NCBI GenBank assembly: GCA_964016885.1
Contig: OZ024741.1
Location: forward strand, 404,674,001-404,738,000
DNA from: Eledone cirrhosa
Taxonomy: Eukaryota
DNA length: 64,000 nucleotides
Direction of reading: 5' to 3'
This document shows, in pieces, positions 42,973 to 55,429 of the stretch; positions within the stretch are counted from its first letter, which is position 1, and the number at the start of each line of letters is the position of its first letter. The notes below the pieces were generated by a model, which did no database searches, was not told where the DNA came from, and was given only the letters and a program-made list of their open reading frames with translations. The position numbers and the translations under genes were made by a program.

Positions 42973-45900
42973 ACTTTCTTTTATTTGCCACCAGGGCATC
43001 AAAGAGTGGGACAAGTACAATGGGGGAAGTTTACATAAAAAGGCGTCCTCCAATAAGGAGGAGGCAATAACAAAATATAAAAATATAAAATATAAAATAT
43101 AACAAAAATAAATTTAATAACAAAATCCTCAATAGGGAGGAGGCGCCTTGGGGGGTTCACACAACCCTGAAAAAAGTGTGCAACCCTTCTCCTCAGGAGC
43201 AGAGAGAGACAGTGCTCCCTTAATCTTTCATCTTCCTCACCTACAGTCTGATGTAGAGTGAAGGCCCATTCACACGGGCCATTCTCGCCACTTTCACCCA
43301 TCTTTCATAAAAACGGCTGGGGTGCAGCACCTCTCTCTCCATCCTGAGCCTTCTTCCCAAATGATATCGGAAGAAACGGACCAGTTGTTGGCCAGAGAGA
43401 AAGGTGTCTGACCTCAGTCCTTTCAGACGCGTCCACCATACAACCTCTTTCGCCATGGCTATTACGCACAGAAACACCGCCTCTCCTTCGTTTTTGAAGA
43501 GGGGAGGCGGCTTGATCGTTACGATAGACTCGGTGGTCAACCGGATCGGTCCCACCCGTGACAGCAGTTGTTCGACATAGCCCCACAGATCGGCAATGCC
43601 CGAGCAGTGTACCAATGCGTGTGCAACGGTTTCCTCGTCGCACACGCATCTTGGACAAATCCATTTCGAGGGGTCCCTACCCGGGCGCCCGTGTCTGTAG
43701 AGCCTTTCTCAAACAGGCAGAACCCCTCGGTAGCACTGCAAGGCCAGGGACTTCTGGAAGTTACCCATAGGTCCCGGGCTGAATGTCCTACCGAACAGGT
43801 TGGCCAGTTCGTTTTCCTCCATGCCTAGGGCTTCTTCTCGGTGTGCCAGGCGCCCAGTTTTCTCGGTCTTTGCTTGACCCAGGATTGCGGCTCGGTGAGC
43901 GAGAGGAGTCTAGGAAAGGCTCGCCTCACAAACGGGGCCCACACCGGTTGACCGGTGAGGAATACCTGGAGGTGCCGTAGCCTTAATGCGTGTTTACGCA
44001 TCATCAGCCACGGCATCCCCAGCCCTCCTTTCGAAGGATGTTGACAGCAGATGGATCTCCTCACCATAGGAGCCCGCTTCTTCCAAAGGAATTGGAAGAG
44101 TGCGCGCTCCATTTTGGCGAGCATTTCCCTTGGGCAAGGCACGACGGTCAGGCGGTAGTAGATGACGGACGCTATATAAGTGTTCGCCACCTCCGCCCAA
44201 CCTTTCAGGGACAGTTTCCACTCGGCCCACTTCTGGGTCAGTGCAAACACCCTGTTCGTTACCTCACTCCAGTTCTTCTCCACCTGGAGGTCTGGTCCGA
44301 ACCAGACCCCGAGCAACTTCACCGGGCCCTCCGTCCAGCGCCCGACGACGCCATCGGAGGGCATCGATTTGCCCCTCCACGTGCCGAGTTGCAAACCGAT
44401 CCACTTGTCCCGGTTCAGCTTAGTCCCTGTAAACCTTTCGAACTCCTCCAGTAAGGTGCCGATCGCTCCGATTTCCGAGGCCGTCGACACCGTTACTGTT
44501 ACGTCCTCGGCGTAGGCCGACACCGCTTTCCGCAATCCCGGTTCCAACGGGATGCCCTGCAACAACTCCAACTTCCACAGCAGTGGCTCTAGAGTCATTA
44601 CATACAGAAGGGAGGAGAGAGGGCACCCTTGTCGGATGGAACGCGTGATTTCGAAAGGCTCCGAGAGGTAGCCGTTCACCTTGACCCTAGAGCAGATGCG
44701 GCTGCCGTGCATGGCAGTGATCCAGCCCCTGAAAACGGGTCCGAAGCCTGCTGCCGCTACCACCGCATCCAGGTAACCATGGTCGACCCTATCGAACGCC
44801 TTAGATTGAACCAAGTTGATCAGGGCCCCACCAAAGCCGGGTTCATTCCCAAACCTCTCGATGATGTATCGCATGAGGTGGAGGTTGTCGTGGATGGACC
44901 TAGACGGGATAGCACATGTCTGTGCATCTCCCACCAGGTTTCGCACAACAAGTGCCAACCTCTTTAGCAGAGTTATGGGCCTGAAATTACTTATATTGTC
45001 CCCCTTATTCTAGTCCTTCCTCACTAGCGTGACTACGCCCTTGGTCACAGCACAGAGAATTCTCCCGTTCTGTTGCCAGTTGCAGTAGACCGCCTCGAGG
45101 AGATCAGGGAACAAGTCCGGCATAGCTAGATATAGTTCGTATGGAAGACCATCGAGACGCGGGGATTTGCGTTTGCCGCATTGGCTCAGCACGTTCTCTA
45201 TCTCAGCAGCTGAAATCGGCTCCTCGCAGGATTTCGCCTCCTTATCCGAGAGACGCGGCAGGCCGTCGAGGTATGGACCGAAGTCCACATCCCCAACCGG
45301 CTCCCCGCCCCTTCCGAACAATCTGGCAAAGTGCTTTTGAAAAGCCTCGCACATCTGCTTAGGTTCAAGGATCACCCGTCCATCCTGGTCTCGCAAAGAC
45401 CGGATAGTGGATCTACTCCCTCTTTTGGCTTCTGTCACGCGGGCCCAGCTAACAGCTTTGGTCCCCTCGTTTGCCAGAGCACGTATTTTGCTTCGGACGA
45501 TGCAGCCTTCGTGTTTCGCGTCGAAGAACTGGCCCAGGGCCGTTCTCGACGCTAGCACTCTGGCCACGTCGCCGCTTCTAATTGCCTCTTCTACACTATC
45601 TACCAACTCCCTTTCCTTCCTATTTCTATTTGAGGCTAACACCTTACTAAATTCTATAGAGACTACACTAATCTCTCTTTTGAGAGATCCCCACCACCTG
45701 CTGTTGACGATGGCACCCGTCAACCGCTCCTTAACTAAAGTGCCAATCAGGTCCCTGTAAGCTTTACTTGCTGGTAAGGACAAGTTGAGCTTCCAGTAAC
45801 CGGGTCCCTGTCCATGCGTTCTGTCAAGGTTGACCATGCAGGTCACTAACTTGTGGTCTGAATAGCCAACCATAAGCATTTCTGGACAACTTAAAAAGTC

Positions 45901-47070
45901 CTTATCCTTATTTCTAACTAAGAACCTATCTAGGTACGACCTAGATGATCCGCTATAGTTTGCCCAAGTCCAGGTTGGCGCAGTCGGAAAATCTAGTCGA
46001 TATCTATCGGCCAGGTCAAATCGGCCGATTAACTCTTTGAGGCTGTTACACCCCTCTCTATCGGGACAGGCCCCTACGTAGTCCCAACGTGCATCTAGGA
46101 TACCATTCCAGTCCCCCACTAATAGCAAGGAGCGGGACGATTGAAGAACTCCGGCCGCGTTGACCCGAAAGGGCCGTAGACGGCTACCAGCCTAAACGCT
46201 CCGCCTTCACCACTGCCAAGGTCCAGTACCACTAGTCGACCCTCCGGGTCCAAATGTACCGTCTGCGTGGCGAGACCCAGTTGTTTTTGCAGCAGAACGA
46301 CAATCCCACCCCCACCTCAGGGCTGACAGAGCGATGTGTGCATCTCAAAGTAATCAAAGGTGGGGGCCAGCTGTCGCACGTGCTGATCTGGGCCTCGCAA
46401 ATAACCATCACATCTATACATTGTGACCTGAGGTCATTTAGAAGCATTTAGACAACCTAGTCTCAGCATAGCCATGTTGGTGGTGAAGAGAAAAGGCACT
46501 TACCTCTCTGCTCCCGGGTATCGGGCTGCACAATTTCCATGAGGGTGGGGATGGGTTGCTGGGTGGGTGGTGGTTTGTGGGAGTGTAGGGGCATCAGTGT
46601 GTTGTGTGGTTGGGGTGTTTGGAGTTGTATGGGTGTTTGAGGAGGGGGTGAGGAATTTTTCAGGAGAACGCGGTTAATGGGCCCGACGCAGGGGGGGGGG
46701 CATCTCCACTTTAAAGTTGTTTTTAAGCGTTTTATGTGTCTCTGGAGCCTTAATCATTTTGAGGTGGGGCAAATCCCCTGCCTGGGTGAAGTTAGGCCCT
46801 TGGGTTTTCACTAAATTGTTGTTGTATACAATGTTTAGCAGTTTTTTATTTCTTGTGTTTATGTATGTGTATGCATGTTTTTGTTTTTGTGTGGTGTTTT
46901 TTGTTTGCTGTTGTTGTGAGCTCTTTTGTGTTGGTGTCAGTGTTATGTTTTGGGGAGGGGTTGTTTTCATTTGTGTGTCTGAGGTGTGTTTTCTTTTTTT
47001 TCTTTTGGTTGTGTGGAAGTGCTCCTCCTCGTCTGACGACGAACTAGGGTCATCTTCCGCGTTGGAGGGG
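42973..47070 (-). mobile_element. Tx1/L1-clade LINE copy A, 5'-truncated in ORF1, with disrupted ORF2
   Basis: APE motifs (VGDWN, SYLDRFLV, SDHKLV, GPGYWKLN) and RT motifs (SKAFDRVDH, RQGCPLS, YAED); several frameshifts and deletions; 3' UTR with AATAAA followed by (TATC)n. Confidence 0.93.
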
Positions 47071-47092
47071 AGATAGATAGATAGATAGATAA

Positions 47093-47139
<47 letters not shown>

Positions 47140-47140
47140 T

Positions 47141-47221
<81 letters not shown>

Positions 47222-47235
47222 TAGATAGATAGATA
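47071..47235. repeat. (GATA)n/(GACA)n compound microsatellite between the two LINEs
   Basis: Direct inspection. Confidence 0.97.
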
Positions 47236-47498
47236 TGTTTCTTTTATTTGCCACCAGGGCATCAAAAGTGGGACAAGTACAATGGGGGGAGTTTACAAAA
47301 TAAGGCGTCCTCAATAAGGAGGATGCAATAACAATATATAAAAATAAAATAAAATATAACAAAAAATAGAATTATAACAAAATCCTCAATAGAGAGGAGG
47401 CGCCTTGGGGGGTCGCACACACCCCCGAAAAAAGTGTGCAACCCTTTTCCTCAGGAGCACAGAGAGGGGGTGCTCCCTCGTTCCTTCCTCTTCTCCAC

Positions 47499-50400
47499 CT
47501 ACAGGCTTATGTAAAGAGAAGGCCCATTCACACGGGCCATTCTCGCCACTTTCACCCACCTTTCATAAAAACGACTGGGGTGGAGCACCTCTCTCTCCAT
47601 CCTGATCCTTCTTCCGAAATGATATCGGAAGAAACGGACCAGTTGTTGGCTAGAGAGAAAGGTGCCTGACCTCAGTCCTTTCAGACGCGTCCACCATACA
47701 ACTTCTTTCACCATGGCTATTACGCACAGAAACACCGCCTCTCCTTCATCTTTGAAGGGAGAAGGCGGCTTGATTATTACAATAGACTCGGTGGTCAACC
47801 GGATCGGTCCCACCCTTGACAGCAGTTGTTCGACATAGCCCCACAGATCGGCTACGCCCGAGCAGTGTACCAATGCGTGTGCAACGGTTTCCTCGTCGCA
47901 CACGCATCTGGGACAGATCTTTTTGGCGGGGTCCCTACCCGGGCGCCCGTGTCTGTAGAGCTTTTCTCGAACGGGTAGAGCCCCTCGGTAGCACTGCCAG
48001 GCCAGGGACTTCTGGAAGTTGTCTATAGGTCCTGGGCTGAATGTCCTACCGAACAGGCTGGCCAGTTCGTCCTCCTCCATGTCTAGGGCTTCTCCGAGGG
48101 CGTCGTCGCACCTGCTGCGTACCAGCCCTCTATAGAATGTTGCGGTGGAGTCTCCACTGATAACCGGATCCGCCTGCCAGAGGGCGGTGAGCGCCTGGGC
48201 ACACTCAGTGTGCCAGGCGCCCAGTTTTCTCGGTCTTTGCTTGACCCAGGATTGCAGCTCGGTGAGTGAGACGAGTCTAGGAAAGGTTCGTCTCACAAAC
48301 GAGGCCCACACCGGTTGACCGGTGAGAAATACGTAGAGGTGCCGTAGCCTTAATGCGTGTTTACGCATCATTAGCCACGGCATCCCCAGCCCTCCTTTCG
48401 AAGGGTGTTGACAGCAGATGGATCTCTTCACCATAGGAGCCCGCCTCTTCCAAAGGAATTGGAAGAGCGCGCGCTCCATCTTGGTGAGGGTTTCCCTTGG
48501 GCGGGGCACTACGGTCAGGCGGTAGTAGATGACGGACGCTATATAGGTGTTCGCCACCTCCGCCCGACCTTTCAGGGATAGTTTGCAACTGGCCCACTTC
48601 TGGGTCAGTGCAAACACCCTGTTCGTAACCTCCGCCCAGTTTTTCTCCACCTGGAGCTCCGGTCCGAACCAGACCCCGAGCAACTTCACCGGGCCCTCCG
48701 CCCAGCGTCCGACGACGCCATCGGAGGGCATCGGTCTGCCTCTCCACGTGCCGAGTTGCAAACCGATCGACTTGTCCCGGTTCAGCTTAGCCCCTGTGAA
48801 CCTTTCGTACTCCTCCAGTAAGGTGACGACCGCCTCGATTTCGGAAGCCGTCGACACCATTACTGTCACGTCAGCGGCGTAGGCCGACACCGCTTTCCGC
48901 AATCCCGGTTCCAAAGGGATGCCCTGCAACAACTACAACTTCCGCAGTAGTGGCTCGAGAGTCAACACATACAGAAGGGAGGAGAGAGGGCACGCTTGTC
49001 GGATGGACCGCGCGATTTTGAACGGCTCCGAGTGGTAGCCGTTCACCTTGACCCTAGAGCAGATGCGGCTGCTGTGCATAGCAGTGATCCAGCCCCTGAA
49101 AACGGGTCCGAAGCCTGCCGCCGCTAGTACCGCATCCAGGTAACCATGGTCGACCCTATCGAACGCCTTAGATTGATCCAAGTTGATCAGAGCCCCACCA
49201 AAGCCGGGTTCGTTCCCAACCCTCTCTATGATGTATCGCATGAGGTGGAGGTTGTCATGGATGGACCTGGACGGGATAGCGCATGTCTGCGCATCTCCCA
49301 CCAGGTTGCCCACGACAAGCGCCAACCTCTTTGCTAGCACCTTGGTCAAAATCTGTAACTCTGTATTTAGCAGAGTTATGGGCCTGAAGTTACTTATTTC
49401 GTCCCCCTTGTTCTCGTCCTTCCTCACTAGCGTGACTACGCCCTTGGTCACAGTACAGGGAATTCTCCCGTTCTGTTGCCAGTTGCAGTAGACCGCCTCG
49501 AGGAGATCGGGGAACAAGTCCGGCATAGCTAGATATAATTCATAAGGAAGACCATCGAGACCCGGGGATTTGCGTTTGCCGCATTGGCTCAGCACGTCCT
49601 CTATCTCAGCGGCCGAAATCGCCTGTTCGCAGGACTTCCCCTCCCTGTCCGAGAGACGCGGCAGGCCGTCGAGGTATGGACCGAAGTCCATGTTCCCAAC
49701 CGGCTCCCCGCTCCTCCCGAACAGTCGGGCAAAGTGCCTTTGAAAGGCCTCACACATCTGCTTAGGTTCAAGAATCGCCCGTCCATCCAGGTCTCGCAAA
49801 GACCGGATGGTGGATTTAGTTCCACTGTTGGCCTCTGTCACGCGGGCCCAGCTAACAGCTTTGGTCCCCTCGTTCCCTAGAGCACGTATTTTACTTCGGA
49901 TAACGCAGCCTTCGTGCTTCGCGTCGAAAAACTGGCTCAAAGCCGTTCTCGACGCTAGCACTCTGGCCACGTCGCCGCTTCTAATTGCCTCTATTACTCT
50001 ATCTATTAGCTCCCTTTCCTTCCTATTCCTATCCGCAGCTAGAACCTTACTAAATTCTATCGAGACTACTCTAATCTCTATCTTTAGAGATACCCACCAC
50101 CTGCTGTTGACGATCGCTCCAGTCAACCGTTCCTTAACTAACGTACTAATCCGATCCCTGTAAGCTCTACTTGCCGGCAAGGACAAGTTGAGCTTCCAGT
50201 AACCGGGGCCCTGTCTATGCGTTCTATCAAGGTTGACCATGCAGGTCACCAACTTGTTGTCTGAATAGCCAACCATGAGCATTTCTGGACAACTTAAAAT
50301 GTCCCCGTCCTTATTTCTAACTAAAAATCTATCTAGGTATGACCTAGATTTGACCAAGACCAGGTTGGCACCGTCGGAAAATCTAGTCGAAATCTATCGG

Positions 50401-50923
50401 CCAGGTCAAATCGGCCGAGTAACCCCTTGAGGCTGTTGCACCCCTCTCTATCGGGACATGACCCTGCATAGTCCCAACGTGCATCCAGGATACCATTCCA
50501 ATCCCCCACTAAAAGCAAGGAACGGGACGTCCCTAGAAAAGACTCCAGACGCTGGAAAAAGTCGGGCCGCTCTGTCCCAAAAGGAGCATATGCGGCTACC
50601 AGCCTAAAAGCTCTGCCTTCACCACTGCCAAGGTCCAGCACCACCAGTCGACCCCCTGGGTCCAAGTGAACTATCTGTGTTGCAAGGCCCAGATGTTTTT
50701 GCAGCAGAACGACAACCCCACCCCCACCTCCGGGCTGACAGAGAGATGCGTGCATCTCAAAGTCGTCAAAGGTGGGGGCTAGCTGTCGCATGCTGCTGAT
50801 CCGGGCCTCGCAGATAACCATCACATTTATAGATTGTGACCTGAGGTCATTTAGAAGCATTGCTTGCTTCCAAGACGAGCCCAGGCCACGCGCATTTAGA
50901 CACCCTACTCTTAGCACAGCCAT
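47499..50923 (-). pseudogene. LINE ORF2 (APE endonuclease and reverse transcriptase) with one frameshift near 50350, one in-frame stop at 48933-48935 and catalytic YADD changed to YAAD
   Basis: ORF track 50333-50947, 48933-50357 and 47499-48932; MAVLRVGCLNARGL start; KSPGLDGLPYELY, NFRPITLLN, DQSKAFDRVDH, CPRC...ETVAHALVHC. Confidence 0.92.
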
Positions 50924-50948
50924 GTTGGTGGAAAGGAGAAAAGGCACT

Positions 50949-51624
50949 TACCTCTCTGCGTCCCGGGAAACGGGCCGCTCAATTTCCATGTTGGTTGGGG
51001 ATGGGTTGTTGGGTGGGGTGGTGGTTTGTGGAAGTGAAGGGGCATCGGTGTGTTGTGGGGTTGGGGTGTTTGTGGTTGAGTGGGTGTCGGGGGGGGGTGT
51101 GAAATGTTTTAGGAGGACGCGGTTGATTGGTTTGGCGCAGGGGGGGGGGGGGGGGGGTCCACGTCCTCCGTGAAATTTATTTTCAGTGTTTTGTACAAGT
51201 GCATTGGGACTTTTATCATTTTTAAATGAGGTAGTCCCACAGCAGTTTTAAAGTTAGGCCCTTCAGTTTGGACCGAAGGGTTTGCTGAAATTGATTTCCG
51301 TAATTCTTTGTTGTCTGTGTTCATGTATGTATATTGTAAGGTCTTTTTTTGTGTAGCAGTTAGTGTTGTGTGACAGGGAGGGGTGGTTTGTGTGTAGTTT
51401 GTGTTCTCTTGGGGGGGGGGGGGGTTAAAGTTAACATGTGTGTCTGTGGTGCGTCTCCTCTTCTTTCTTTTTACTTGTTGGAAGGGATCTTTTTCGTCGT
51501 GCGACGAAAGGGGTTCGTCTTCCTTGTTGGGTGGGAGGGGTATGTTTTCTGGTAGTGTTTGCGGTGTGTGTGTTTTTGTATTTGTTTTGGGTGGGACAGT
51601 ATTCTGTGTTATTTGTTCACGTGT

Positions 51625-51655
<31 letters not shown>

Positions 51656-52622
51656 GGTGGTGGTGGTGGTGGTGGTGGTGGTGGTGGGGTTGTTGGTTTT
51701 TGTTGTTGTTGTTGTTGTGGTTGTTTTTGTTGTTGTTGTTAGGGTGGTGTTGGTGTTGGTAGCAGTGTTTTTTTCTGTGTGAGCTGGGGACAGGCAGCCC
51801 TCAGGTGACCTCTATTGCCACAGAGGTAACAGGAGGGACGCCTACCCTCCACAATAATGTTGAGGTGGGTACGGTCATCCAGCATGACGCGCTCAGGGAT
51901 TTGGGCGATGCGTTCTGGCCTTATTTGGGTCATAACTTCGATGCTCGTTCCACTGAACGCGTCGCCGGATGCCTTCCCTATTGAAATGAGGTTGTCCCCG
52001 TCTAAATTGAGGAAACCGGTTAATAACCACCAGTAGTTTATGTTTGGGGTGATGGTGGTTATCCATATCCTCTGGGTTTTTTTACCCATGTAGGTGGGGA
52101 AGAAGGTGTAGTGTGTGGACCGAATTGGCGACACAGAATATTTTTTCGCTGCCAATTCGTCTTTCATCAATATGGATAAACTCCCATAGAGTTTATCCTT
52201 TTGTATAAAAGTGATGTCTCTCATCGCTTCTTTCAATACTAACAGAATTTCAGCTTGAGATGGTTGTGCTGGTTTTTTTGTTTTATTTAAAATTGTTCGG
52301 AATACGACAGTTCGTAATTCCGTCTGTTTTTTTAGTTCTGGAGGTGAATGTATAGAAAACGAACCGTTTTCGCCAAAAGATACATATTTCTTGTCTTTTT
52401 CCAGCATTTCTTTTGCTTTTGAAATGTCTTCCAGCACATACGCGACTGATAATTTAGCCGTTTGTGCAAAAGATATTTTGTTTTCGCTTTGGATTTTAGT
52501 ATTGTTTTGTTTCTCGTCGTTTGAGTTGTTTTCATCTTTGTTGTTGTTGTTGTCTTTCTCGTTTGGTGTGTGGATACTTGTGACGTTTGTGTTGTTGTTG
52601 TTTTTGTTGTCTTTATTGTTGC

Positions 52623-52653
<31 letters not shown>

Positions 52654-52664
52654 TTCAAATTCTT
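50949..52664 (-). pseudogene. LINE ORF1 (gag-like nucleic-acid-binding protein), frameshifted in its low-complexity C-terminal part
   Basis: ORF 51739-52731 contains SFAQ and VEGRRPSCYLCGNRGHLRAAC (CX2CX4HX4C); its annotated N-terminus is microsatellite read-through; terminal ...MEIERPVSRDAER* lies just upstream of ORF2. Confidence 0.8.

Positions 52665-52704
<40 letters not shown>
52665..52704. repeat. (GATA)10 at the 5' junction of LINE B
   Basis: Direct inspection. Confidence 0.97.
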
Positions 52705-52736
52705 TACGTGCATGTATGTATTTGTATGCATATATA

Positions 52737-52897
52737 CCAGAGAACTCGATACTTTGGGTAGTAAAGTGGGTAATAGGAAACTAGTCAGAACCCGACGGCA
52801 GAGTCAAGCCGTTCCGACAGCTATTTCTGGATTCAGAGTCCAGAAATAGCTGTCGAAATGACTTGAGCTCTGCCGTCGGGGTTCTGACTCTTTTCCT
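52737..52897. mobile_element. Fold-back fragment of the 157-305 family with hammerhead-like motifs on both arms
   Basis: ~57-bp imperfect inverted arms 52775-52831 and 52839-52897; right arm tcc-AGAAATA-G-ctgt-C-GAAA-tgact-tgagctc-tgccg-TC-ggg. Confidence 0.6.
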
Positions 52898-52920
52898 GTA
52901 TATATATATATGTATATTCA

Positions 52921-52955
<35 letters not shown>

Positions 52956-53475
52956 TCCGTTCAGTAATATTCATTGCGCCAACTTGTCGATTATGGTGAT
53001 CTGTGATGTTTCTCTTCAGCTATCTGCTATGATATCGATACGACTAAGGATAAGGACTGGAGGCGGAGAATAAGCATTAGTGACCCTAAATATTTAGAAG
53101 ATCAAAGCCCTGGACGCCCTAACATCACCTTTTGATGGAGTATATCAACTCCTTTCAGCTTCAACTTCAGATGTAACCTTATAACTAATGAATCATTATT
53201 TTTTCCATGTTTGTAATACAGTATTCCCCCGAGAACATAACCTCCTCTTCATCTCATTCGATGTTTTGGAATTCTTTTCAACTATTTCTGAGAGGTCAGT
53301 AACTTTCGTTTGCATCTTTATCTCTATCAATAACATCCTTCCCCCTCTACCTCATATCCACCGTATCAATAACATTGATCCTTCCACCTCTACCCCATAT
53401 CCACCGTATCAACGAGAGATCTACTTATGCCAACATGCAACCTGCTAAAAATTACAGTCAAATCTCTTTCAAATT

Positions 53476-53885
53476 ATTCGATTTCCTTAAAACTACAAGA
53501 ATTTCTAAGCAGACTAGGAATATCTAACGATGGTGAAGCTTTAAAGAAGCGAAAGGAGTTAAACTGAAAACATAATTTTCTTCTTGGTTTTACTTGTTGT
53601 TAACCTCAGATATAATCCTTAAAGTGGACAATAGGAAATCCTGCTTATGTACATATATAATGATTTGTTTCCAAAATAACCACTCAAAGTAATATACAGA
53701 GAGAGAGAGAGTGAGAGAGAGAGAGGCAGGCACAGAGAGAGAGAGGGAGGCACACCGAGAGAAGGAGAGTGAGAGAGAGAGGGAGGCACACCGAGAGAAG
53801 GAGAGTGAGAGAGAGAGAGAGAGAGAAGGACAGGCAGAGAGAGAGAGAGAGACAGAGAGAGAGAGGCACACATAGAGAGAGAGAG

Positions 53886-53921
<36 letters not shown>

Positions 53922-54296
53922 CATATACGGGGGTAGGCTGGAAAGTTCATAGACTGATTATGAATTATTGACGCTAGAACTGAAATCTTGCATGCATTAA
54001 TTTAAACTCTTTTATGGCGGTGATTTAGCAGTATCGGTAGAAGGTCGGACGCCATGCTTTCCAACATAGTTACGTCCTTTTACGATCTGAGTTCAAATCC
54101 CGTCGAGGTTAACTTTGCCTTTCATCCTTACGGGGTCGATAAAATAAAGTACCAGTGATGCACTGGGTGATTGCTGGCCTTGTGCCAAACGTAGAAACAA
54201 TTAATTTAAACTCTTTTAATTAATAATCGCATTGCTTCTTTTTAGGGATTATGTTGAAAAATAAACCTCATTTGATCATTCCATGAGAGTATCTTG
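53476..54296 (-). repeat. Inverted segmental copy of 37762-38286 (MITE, microsatellite and unique flank) with an extra SINE
   Basis: Near-identical reverse complement, e.g. the shared pseudo-ORF YYFEWLFWKQIIIYVHKQDFLLSTLRII in both. Confidence 0.9.
54016..54199 (+). mobile_element. Meta-type SINE with a 19-bp target-site duplication
   Basis: attaatttaaactctttta at 53996-54014 and 54200-54218; single-copy empty site in the paralogue at ~37840-37858. Confidence 0.9.
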
Positions 54297-54819
54297 ATAT
54301 AAACGGATGTGTCTGGGATGCCTTTAATTTCAAGTGTACTCGACCAGTTCTGTCCTAGGACAAGATATATCCACTAATGCTCTAATTATTACTTCTGTTT
54401 TATTTATTCTTCCTTTGTCCGAAACATGAAAGCCCTCATCTACTTTATATCAACCTCTTCGATTCAGTGAATATGAGAATGTCGTAAGTAAATATGAGAA
54501 AGAAAGATAAAAGCAAAATCAAGTAAGGAGAAAATAGGTAAAGGGAAGGGCAGGTCTGGCTGTATGGGAAAGTAGAGGAAAGGACTATGAAAACCATGAG
54601 AGGGAAAGAAGGAAGAAAAGCAAGGACTCTAGGGCCACAGAAGAAAGGGTGGAGGTGGTGATGGGCTCTGGGCCTAGAGTGAGGCGGTGTTGGGACTGCG
54701 CCCCGTGGTCAAGACCGCAAAAGAATTTCAGGGGATAATAGCCAGCGATACCCGCTGCAACATCCACCCCACCTCGCAGGGCTCCTTCTTCATACGGAGT
54801 GCTTATGTTCCGATTTTGC

Positions 54820-55115
54820 GGAGGGAGGAGTTCGGCAGTACGGGGTCCAAGTATGCCTGAGGTCTTGATGGCGACAAGTGCGAAGAGGAAGCGGCCGGAC
54901 AATCCCTGTTATTTGTTTGTCTTGCTTTCCTCGGCATTGCGGGCCGCAGTACCGGGGTTTGTAGCCGAAGCGACAACGTTAGAGACAGAGAACATGTCAC
55001 ATGTGGCGTCCCAGATGAGGGATCAACCTCCTTCGAATACGAAGAGGGTAGTTCCGTCTGAGTCCTTGTCCTCTCCGCGGTTGAGGCCTGCTGGCTCCAG
55101 TTGTGATGGGAAGAT
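54820..55115 (-). mobile_element. CRE-clade LINE fragment, degenerate restriction-like endonuclease domain
   Basis: Translates LEPAGLNRGEDKDSDGTTL...LIWDATC...PGTAARNAEESKTNK*...LVAIKTSGILGPRT, matching CRE-type EP.GL.R.D..RPDG...WD.T...AE..K..KY...AVET.G..G. Confidence 0.75.
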
Positions 55116-55189
55116 GTACTCACTCACACTTCCTTCCCTCACACTGTTTTGCTCCTTGCCCTTTCTCTACTATTTTCTTTCCACCTCTC

Positions 55190-55292
55190 ATGATTTAGTG
55201 GTTAGAGAAATAAATTCGCAATCATGAGGTAGCAAGATCGATTCCCGTACCGCACATAGCTTATGTCCTTGAGTAAGACACTTTATTTCATG
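55190..55292 (+). mobile_element. tRNA-derived CORE-type SINE head, diverged
   Basis: tagtggttagag...gatcgattccc...tgtccttgagtaagacactttatttca. Confidence 0.6.
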
Positions 55293-55429
55293 ATGATCTT
55301 TCTGCCAGGTGTTTCAACATCTAGATAGTATCAGCAATGGAAAGAGTAATGGAAACATTGTTTCCTTGGTCCGATTTGCCTATTTTCCACCTCACTTGAG
55401 AAGCCAATGAGGTCTGGGATCTTGTCGAT

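Larger units (their letters stand above)
47236..52664 (-). mobile_element. Tx1/L1-clade LINE copy B, near full length (ORF1 and ORF2)
   Basis: ORF1 with CCHC knuckle; ORF2 APE-RT-C-terminal Cys/His; 3' UTR matches copy A; flanked by (GATA)n at both ends. Confidence 0.95.

Noticed and set aside
43558-51173. Numerous plus-strand ORFs over the LINEs
   Set aside because: Antisense shadows of GC-rich LINE ORF2 with no independent motifs
53040-53450. Possible old LINE RT fragment (KYLGS-like on the minus strand)
   Set aside because: A single short motif in heavily degenerate sequence; not supportable without a search
54799-55227. 142-aa plus-strand GC-rich ORF as a host exon
   Set aside because: Antisense shadow of the CRE endonuclease fragment
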